Virus record (IMG/VR): IMGVR_UViG_3300003815_000001
DNA: 20,000 bases
DNA from: an uncultured virus (IMG/VR IMGVR_UViG_3300003815_000001)
Taxonomy: Duplodnaviria; Heunggongvirae; Uroviricota; Caudoviricetes
Reading direction: 5' to 3' (one strand)
In this document: positions 14,621-20,000 of the stretch, piece by piece
How positions within the stretch are numbered: position 1 is the first letter of the stretch
Layout: the number at the start of each line of letters is the position of its first letter
Notes under the pieces: model-generated
What the model was told of the DNA's origin: nothing
Database searches by the model: none
Seen by the model: only the letters and a program-made list of their open reading frames with translations
Translations under genes and position numbers: made by a program

Positions 14621-16110
14621 GCCACTCTCCTATCCATCTTCTTAATAGCCTTACTGTACGCAATCTGCTTATGCTTAATCCAATTCATCGTGTTGATTGT
14701 CGGAGACTTGGTGACATAATTTAATCCTCTCGGCCATACACCGAACTTCTCCTTATACTTATGGTCAGCCCAATGAGGGTTGTAATTCTTCTCCCTTGCT
14801 AGATATAGTAACTCTGAATAGAATGACTGCTTATCATCTTTCTCTACCCGTCCGTGCGTGGTTAGCTCTAGCATCTCTCCTGCTACGGCTTCAAACTGCA
14901 TACGCTTCTTAACGTGGCCACACTCTGTGCAAGTATCTGATCCTTTAATCCATAAGGCTTGGCATACTGGACACTTAGCTTCTTTCTTCTCACGCTCTGT
15001 GGGTTCACGCTTGGTGGTTTCTCTTGTCTGTTCGTTTAACTCTTTCACACCATCTGCGTATACGTTGTCCCAATCATCACGGAAACGTAAGAAGTTACCG
15101 CTATGGTCTAGCCATAATGCAAACTCTTTATCAGGATGGGGGCGCATCACACGACCTAGTTGCTGAATGTGTGAGCTAAGTGACTTGCTAAATGGTCTAG
15201 CAGATACACCAATCATGACATCTGGCACATCAAAGCCACGAGTTAAGATGTCTGTTGCAATCAATCCATGTATGGTGGTGTCAGGCTTACTGAAGTCTTC
15301 AATGACTTGACGCTTGTAATCGCTCTCATCTTTATAAGATACGGATACAAAGTTATAACCTTGAGCTGCGAACTGACGTACTAAGTCCTCACCATGCTGA
15401 ACTCCTGCTGAGAATACGATAGTCTTGCGTGGTCTACCAAAGACTTCATGGGTTTTCTTAATCCACTCTTGCACGATGTCGCCTGTAATCTGCATACCAC
15501 GTTCTGTTACTACATCTGGAGACCACTCACCAGCGAGCTTCTTAGCCCCTGTCATGTTAATCTCTTTAGCAATAAAGACTTTAAGTGGTGCTAACCACTT
15601 GTTGTTGACGAGCGTTTCTGTTGTTGTACCACATACGACATTGGTATATAACTCACCGAGACCTTTGGTGAATGGTGTGGCAGTAAGACCTACGACCTTG
15701 AGCTTTGGGTTGTTCTTAATCAGCTCTGAGATCTTCTTACGGGTGATATGACACTCATCTACAATTAGTAAATCAGTATCGGGGAATTCTTTTCTACGCT
15801 CTAGTGTTTGGGCTGAGCATACTTGTATCTTTTCTGTGGAGTTAAACTTCCAATGGTCTGACTGATAGACACCATGATTGATGTCGTACTTATCTAATCG
15901 TCCACTTGTTTGGTCTACCAATACGATACGATCTAGTATCATGGCGGAACGGTTGGACTTCTCTGCGGATGCTTGCATAAGATAGATAGCAATCTCTGTC
16001 TTACCGAAGCCTGTTGGTGCGTATAGTAGCTGTGATCTATGTCCCTCTTTGAACCCATCTCTTAATTGTTCAATCACTTTTTGCTGGTGTTCTCGTAATT
16101 CAAGACCCAT
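14617..16110 (-). CDS. SF2 DExH helicase (RadD/YejH-like) with C-terminal zinc finger
   Basis: ELREHQ Q-motif, APTGFGKT, DECH, GLTATP, TRGFDVP, QQLGRVMR, and CPVC...CTECGH. Confidence 0.9.
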   Translation of the reverse strand: MGLELREHQQKVIEQLRDGFKEGHRSQLLYAPTGFGKTEIAIYLMQASAEKSNRSAMILDRIVLVDQTSGRLDKYDINHGVYQSDHWKFNSTEKIQVCSAQTLERRKEFPDTDLLIVDECHITRKKISELIKNNPKLKVVGLTATPFTKGLGELYTNVVCGTTTETLVNNKWLAPLKVFIAKEINMTGAKKLAGEWSPDVVTERGMQITGDIVQEWIKKTHEVFGRPRKTIVFSAGVQHGEDLVRQFAAQGYNFVSVSYKDESDYKRQVIEDFSKPDTTIHGLIATDILTRGFDVPDVMIGVSARPFSKSLSSHIQQLGRVMRPHPDKEFALWLDHSGNFLRFRDDWDNVYADGVKELNEQTRETTKREPTEREKKEAKCPVCQALWIKGSDTCTECGHVKKRMQFEAVAGEMLELTTHGRVEKDDKQSFYSELLYLAREKNYNPHWADHKYKEKFGVWPRGLNYVTKSPTINTMNWIKHKQIAYSKAIKKMDRRVA

Positions 16111-16147
16111 TATTTTTCCTCTGCTTCTAGATACCCTCTAGTTTGGG

Positions 16148-16465
16148 CTACGCTTGTAGTTTTTTCTTTAATCCGTTTACCGTTCTAATCAATTCAGCAT
16201 TCCGATGCTGATACATATCACGGCTTTCTCTAAGTGCTTGATTATCAATCTCTAGTATTTTTATCTGCTGCCTTAGCTCGTTTACTACCTCCAATATATA
16301 GTCTTGTTCAAATTCTGTGGCATCCCATTTTTTTGAAGCTACAATATCTTTTAACACCGTTATCTCTTCATCTAGTGAGACAATGGTGTCTGATAACTCC
16401 ATGATTTTATGGTCTTTTTCGTCATAACTTTGGGGAATAGAAGTCCCTTGCCGTGCTGTCTGCAT
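16148..16465 (-). CDS. Coiled-coil hypothetical protein at the head of the replication operon
   Basis: 105 aa with heptad pattern; GAGGGG RBS. Confidence 0.7.
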   Translation of the reverse strand: MQTARQGTSIPQSYDEKDHKIMELSDTIVSLDEEITVLKDIVASKKWDATEFEQDYILEVVNELRQQIKILEIDNQALRESRDMYQHRNAELIRTVNGLKKKLQA

Positions 16466-16492
16466 TTTTTAAAACCCCTCGTTGATGTTGTA

Positions 16493-16521
16493 ATTCTAGA
16501 CGCTTTTAATAGTGTTTTGAA
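16493..16521 (-). promoter_or_regulatory. Candidate sigma70 promoter for the replication genes
   Basis: Minus strand TTCAAA-17 nt-TAGAAT in an AT-rich intergenic gap; overlapped by the inverted repeat ACGCTT...AAGCGT (16500-16525). Confidence 0.5.
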
Positions 16522-16589
16522 GCGTTCTTGTTATAGAAAAATAAAATAAAATTGTTGACTTTTTCAATACTTATTTTTGTAATATTTAA

Positions 16590-16817
16590 TCAGTCACTTA
16601 CATCTTTTTTAAAATCTTCTGGACGCAATACTGACTTGTGTGCATCCGTTTTCATCATGTTGAGGACGTCCACAAGCTCACTAAGAGAGCCACCACTGAC
16701 AGTAGCATCACAGTATCCCATAAGAGAACCATCACGATTGTAGTAGACTTCTTTAATCTCAAAATACTTTCCTTCATCAATGTCATCAAACTCCATGACC
16801 CTATAGTTCCAGCTCAT
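16590..16817 (-). CDS. Conserved phage hypothetical protein (WNYRV...EVYY type)
   Basis: 75 aa; ATGA overlap. Confidence 0.7.
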   Translation of the reverse strand: MSWNYRVMEFDDIDEGKYFEIKEVYYNRDGSLMGYCDATVSGGSLSELVDVLNMMKTDAHKSVLRPEDFKKDVSD

Positions 16818-17056
16818 TTTTTCACCATCTTTACTAAGTCTTCTAAAGTTATTCCTGCTTCCTTTAAATCAGAAGGTTTATAAATTAAAGTGGTAGGTTT
16901 TACCTCAGCTTTAACTTCTTCAGTCGTTGGCAAAGGTGGTGGTACATAACGTTCTTTCTTCTTTACACCAAAGATGCGATCAAAGTTATCTCTAAATGCT
17001 TGTGAGTTCATCTTGCTGATAAGCTCATCACCAGTAATATCATTCTTCGTTGCCAT
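16814..17056 (-). CDS. Conserved phage hypothetical protein (KNDITGD...FDRIFG type)
   Basis: 80 aa; AAGGAG RBS. Confidence 0.7.
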   Translation of the reverse strand: MATKNDITGDELISKMNSQAFRDNFDRIFGVKKKERYVPPPLPTTEEVKAEVKPTTLIYKPSDLKEAGITLEDLVKMVKK

Positions 17057-17276
17057 TGTTATTCTCCTTACGCATTTTGTAATGTTCTTCTACTAATTTT
17101 TCATATGTAATCCATGCTTTATTGAACCGCATTTCGTATACATAAGCTAGACCTAAAGCCTTGTTATAAACGTCTATATCACAGTGCTTATACTCTTCAG
17201 CAAATAGCTTTAAGTCTTCCGTCACGCCCCAACACTGTAATACTTCTTGCTCTAAATCTTGTAGGCTATTTGACAT
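17040..17276 (-). CDS. Hypothetical protein
   Basis: 78 aa; AAGGA RBS; overlapping gene chain. Confidence 0.65.
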   Translation of the reverse strand: MSNSLQDLEQEVLQCWGVTEDLKLFAEEYKHCDIDVYNKALGLAYVYEMRFNKAWITYEKLVEEHYKMRKENNNGNEE

Positions 17277-17385
17277 GGCTTTTCCTTTTCAATGTAAGTT
17301 CAATCATTTTCCACCATAGCTTCTTGGCTTTCTTTACCTTATGCAATGCCCAAGCCTTGAGCATTTTGCGGTTTAGCTTCTGCAT
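17266..17385 (-). CDS. Putative 39-aa very basic peptide (MQKLNRKMLKAWALHKVKKAKKLWWKMIELTLKRKSHVK)
   Basis: Translated by hand; fills the gap between neighbours; weak RBS. Confidence 0.45.
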   Translation of the reverse strand: MQKLNRKMLKAWALHKVKKAKKLWWKMIELTLKRKSHVK

Positions 17386-17386
17386 T

Positions 17387-17596
17387 TTATCCATGATTTT
17401 TTTCCTTTAGCTTGGCTTCAAGAGCACGAGCAATATCTATTACTGTTTCATCATCCATGATTGCATCTATCTCTTCATCAGTTAAACCGACCCAGCTATC
17501 TTTAATGCGCCATGTTGGATGACCATTCTCATCCTCTGTGATTTCATGCTTGATAAGAGATCCGTTTAACCATTTATCGTAGATAACTTGTGTCAT
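17387..17596 (-). CDS. Modular hypothetical protein with WVGLTDEE...EAKLKEKN C-terminal module
   Basis: Start probably 17596 (ATGA overlap) or 17602; C-terminal module shared with two other ORFs in the window. Confidence 0.65.
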   Translation of the reverse strand: MTQVIYDKWLNGSLIKHEITEDENGHPTWRIKDSWVGLTDEEIDAIMDDETVIDIARALEAKLKEKNHG

Positions 17597-17982
17597 TTCC
17601 ATGTCCTTACATGCTGTTGCACTTGTTCTACTGTGTAGATACCTTTGCATAGATCACGATGTAATAGGTTCTCTTGTACGTCCTTAACCTTTGCGTCATC
17701 CCATTTCTGTAGCCAGAGATTGTTAGGATCGGTTGGGCTGCCACCCAATGCGATAGGGATGTAATGGTCTAGTTCATACTCTGATGGCTTATGACCTAAT
17801 GGTGTCCACTTAACCTTGAGCTTGTTAGTATAAGATACTGGTGGGCGGACTGTAGCTGAGTAGCCTGATACGCATAGCTTAGCCTTGTCAGTAGTAGCAA
17901 CAACACCTGTTGGTGGTACTGTGTGGTCTTCAGCGTATGCCGTTGCCGACACAAGCAATAAGGCGATTAGTAATTTGTTCAT
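17593..17982 (-). CDS. Secreted/periplasmic HNH-like (beta-beta-alpha-Me) nuclease
   Basis: Sec signal peptide MNKLLIALLLVSATAYA|E; YELDHYIPIALGGSPTDPNNLW HNH-type core; KDVQENLLH helix; two Cys. Start placed at 17982 (ATGA overlap). Confidence 0.7.
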   Translation of the reverse strand: MNKLLIALLLVSATAYAEDHTVPPTGVVATTDKAKLCVSGYSATVRPPVSYTNKLKVKWTPLGHKPSEYELDHYIPIALGGSPTDPNNLWLQKWDDAKVKDVQENLLHRDLCKGIYTVEQVQQHVRTWK

Positions 17983-18113
17983 AGTAAACATTCTCCAAGT
18001 AATTTAATCATTTCATCAAAGGTAAGTTTCTGTTCTTCTACCTTGATTGTTCCCTGAGCTGGATAGTTATAGTAACGTAACGGCTGGCCGTCAAAATCAA
18101 GCAGCACCCACAT
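17979..18113 (-). CDS. Hypothetical protein (44 aa, MWVLLDFDGQPLRYYNYPAQGTIKV...)
   Basis: Translated by hand; TAATG and ATGA overlaps on either side. Confidence 0.6.
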   Translation of the reverse strand: MWVLLDFDGQPLRYYNYPAQGTIKVEEQKLTFDEMIKLLGECLL

Positions 18114-18370
18114 TATTTTTTATGGTTCTTCTTAAGTTTATTCTTAACTACTTCTATGTCACTCTCAACAAACCTAATGCCATAGCTGTGCTTCCATACT
18201 AATCTTTCTAATTCTTCAATCTGTTTAGCTTGGCTATCAGTCTTATGCACCATGCCTTCCATGCGATATTCCAAACTAACAATACTATCTTGGTAATTAC
18301 GACCACTGCAAATACATGCCCATATTGCAACAGCTAACAAAATTATTACAGACCATAATGCGATAATCAT
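18113..18370 (-). CDS. Membrane-anchored coiled-coil protein
   Basis: N-terminal hydrophobic helix IIALWSVIILLAVAIWACIC followed by heptad repeats. Confidence 0.65.
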   Translation of the reverse strand: MIIALWSVIILLAVAIWACICSGRNYQDSIVSLEYRMEGMVHKTDSQAKQIEELERLVWKHSYGIRFVESDIEVVKNKLKKNHKK

Positions 18371-18510
18371 GATTGTTCCTTTTTAGTTTTATGGTTTGTT
18401 GTATGCAACAAATATTTGTTGCCCATTGCTTGTTTGATTGCCTCTACACGTTTAAGTAACTTAGCGTAAGCCTTCTCATCGTGTTTCATGCCGTAGAATG
18501 ATGTCATCAT
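18367..18510 (-). CDS. Hypothetical protein (47 aa, MMTSFYGMKHDEKAYAKLLKRVEAIKQAMGNKYLLH...)
   Basis: Translated by hand; ATGA overlap; AAGGGA RBS. Confidence 0.6.
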   Translation of the reverse strand: MMTSFYGMKHDEKAYAKLLKRVEAIKQAMGNKYLLHTTNHKTKKEQS

Positions 18511-18511
18511 A

Positions 18512-18688
18512 TTAATTTCCCTTTCCATTGTTTGCGTCCCTCATATCACGTTGATATTCAATCTCTAACGTTGCCACATACTTCTCAATGATACGACCAA
18601 ACTCTGCTGTTGTGATAGAGTTAATACGTCCTGACTGTACTAAATCCTTTACATACGCTCCAAGTAATTCATAGTGTTTAGTATCCAT
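18512..18688 (-). CDS. Hypothetical protein (58 aa, MDTKHYELLGAYVKDLVQSG...)
   Basis: Translated by hand; TAATG overlap. Confidence 0.6.
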   Translation of the reverse strand: MDTKHYELLGAYVKDLVQSGRINSITTAEFGRIIEKYVATLEIEYQRDMRDANNGKGN

Positions 18689-18882
18689 TATTCTTCACCT
18701 TTGTAATACTTAAGCAATACTTTGGCAGCTTTGATACGTTTCTTATGGTTTTTCTCATCGTTAGGATGCACATAGGTTGCCAATTTCCATTGCGTCAAAT
18801 CCCATTCTAAGTTCTGCACAGTAATAGCTTCAAACATACTTAACATATAATCATTACCATCTAATTCAATATCAATCTTCAT
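18688..18882 (-). CDS. Hypothetical protein
   Basis: 64 aa; GGAG RBS; overlapping gene chain. Confidence 0.65.
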   Translation of the reverse strand: MKIDIELDGNDYMLSMFEAITVQNLEWDLTQWKLATYVHPNDEKNHKKRIKAAKVLLKYYKGEE

Positions 18883-19069
18883 TTGCTACTCTCCATATAT
18901 CCCATGTAGTCCATACTGGGGCTAGGTCATTAAATGTTTTCTTGGCGATACCAAAAGCTGGCATTACCTTATTCCACATCTTGCTATCTTTAATCTGATA
19001 CTCTGCACCTATCTCAATCAATGGCTTATTGCGTAGCTCATGATTGATAGGCAAATCATTTAATATCAT
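18872..19069 (-). CDS. Hypothetical protein
   Basis: 65 aa; AAGGA RBS. Confidence 0.6.
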   Translation of the reverse strand: MILNDLPINHELRNKPLIEIGAEYQIKDSKMWNKVMPAFGIAKKTFNDLAPVWTTWDIWRVANED

Positions 19070-19592
19070 TCTTTTCCTTTATAGCATCCACTAGTCTTTT
19101 AGCAAACCACATTGTAGTTTCACTTATTTCATCATGCCCAAAACATTCTTCAAACCAATCTACTATCTCATCATCCGTTAATCCTTGCCATTGATGAGGG
19201 TGGGTGTAGAGTTTATCTCCATCTTTAGGCATATTACTTGATGGAAAAATTGAACCCATAACTGCTCCTTCATGCCATGACACTACGCCTACAGGTTCTT
19301 GCGCTTGCTTATCAGCCCATCGTGCTATTTCTTTACCTCTTTCAAAAAACTCTTTGCCTTCTGGTTGTTCACGATTAAAATAAACTTCCTTGCCATCAAT
19401 GTTTAATGTGCAAGTAGAGCCATCAGGTGCGTATGACACTAGTCTTGGTTCTGCTGGTTGTTCCAGTGCTTCTTTGCAAGCGTTGATTTCTTTGTCAAAG
19501 TAACCGCTACCATCATTTTTTCGTGGTGACCTTTCGTTCAATTGCATAAATGTTTTATGCGCCATTTTTAATGCTTCGTCTTTGTTAGTCAT
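19056..19592 (-). CDS. Modular hypothetical protein (MTNKDEALK...EALEQPAEP...QEPV...LYTHPHQWQGLTDDEI...KEKN)
   Basis: Start placed at 19592; N- and C-terminal modules shared with neighbouring ORFs. Confidence 0.7.
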   Translation of the reverse strand: MTNKDEALKMAHKTFMQLNERSPRKNDGSGYFDKEINACKEALEQPAEPRLVSYAPDGSTCTLNIDGKEVYFNREQPEGKEFFERGKEIARWADKQAQEPVGVVSWHEGAVMGSIFPSSNMPKDGDKLYTHPHQWQGLTDDEIVDWFEECFGHDEISETTMWFAKRLVDAIKEKNDIK

Positions 19593-19797
19593 AGCTTGAT
19601 TCCAAATAAATATCAATATCCTTTTGCATTTGTTCTACCACTTGACTATACATTTCAGATGGAACAAATCTTGAAATTATTGTATGAGCAATGTGATGAC
19701 ATCCCATAGCAACTGCTGTTTTTAATCTGTCTTTATCAAGTTGAATTTGCTGATTTCTTAAATATAAATCAATCTTTAATGCTTCGTCTTTAGTCAT
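19585..19797 (-). CDS. Hypothetical protein sharing the MTKDEALK N-terminal module
   Basis: 70 aa; AAGGA RBS. Confidence 0.6.
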   Translation of the reverse strand: MTKDEALKIDLYLRNQQIQLDKDRLKTAVAMGCHHIAHTIISRFVPSEMYSQVVEQMQKDIDIYLESSYD

Positions 19798-20000
19798 GAT
19801 TCTTTTCCTTTAGCTTGGCTTCAGTTTTATATATTGCGGCTTTAACTATAAAATCTTGTTCAGGCACACAATATCCTAAAATTTCATGAACATCATCATC
19901 CGTTAATCCGACCCATTGATGAGGGTGGGTGTAGAGTGGAATGTTCCAATTTCCAGCATACGAATTTTGAAACTCATGTGCTTTTTTTAATTCATGCGTA
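19790..20000 (-). CDS. 3' part of a modular protein (...IPLYTHPHQWVGLTDDDV...EAKLKEKNHD); start lies beyond the right edge
   Basis: Open frame from 19999 to the stop at 19790; not in the ORF track. Confidence 0.7.
   Translation of the reverse strand, partial: THELKKAHEFQNSYAGNWNIPLYTHPHQWVGLTDDDVHEILGYCVPEQDFIVKAAIYKTEAKLKEKNHD

Noticed and set aside
16127..16141. Small inverted repeat CTAGA-TACCC-TCTAG before the helicase RBS
   Set aside because: A 5-bp stem is too weak to distinguish from chance without homologues.
13841..16883. Plus-strand ORFs over primase, helicase and downstream genes
   Set aside because: Antisense shadows lying beyond the plus-strand terminator.
19168..19937. Repeat pair as a diversity-generating retroelement TR/VR
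   Set aside because: Only 45 bp, the differences are not adenine-specific (CAA vs GTC), both copies are coding, and no reverse transcriptase is present in the window.

Overview
Fragment of a tailed dsDNA phage genome (Caudoviricetes), fairly AT-rich, probably podovirus-like; a proteobacterial host is an inference. It has three blocks. (1) 1-8446, minus strand: packaging and head module (TerS, two small ORFs, a stand-alone LexA-type DNA-binding domain, TerL, 840-aa portal, small ORF, GroES-like co-chaperonin, scaffold, 148-aa ORF, and a truncated probable capsid accessory protein missing from the ORF track). (2) 8447-13791: a divergent-promoter control region with repeats and palindromes, then a plus-strand operon of about 20 small, mostly acidic early genes including ardA, punctuated by two homologous G-U-rich RNA hairpins and ended by a UUCG terminator. 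(3) 13790-20000, minus strand: Toprim primase, SF2 helicase and many small accessory ORFs, including a signal-peptide-bearing HNH-like nuclease and modular 'WxGLTDxE...KEKN' proteins. The most striking unexplained signal is a sharp boundary at about 7640-7700 inside terS: GC skew flips and GATC and CCWGG sites nearly vanish to the right, suggesting the virion DNA end and a first-injected anti-restriction region. All motif counts were made by eye, and family assignments come from recognised motifs, not database searches.
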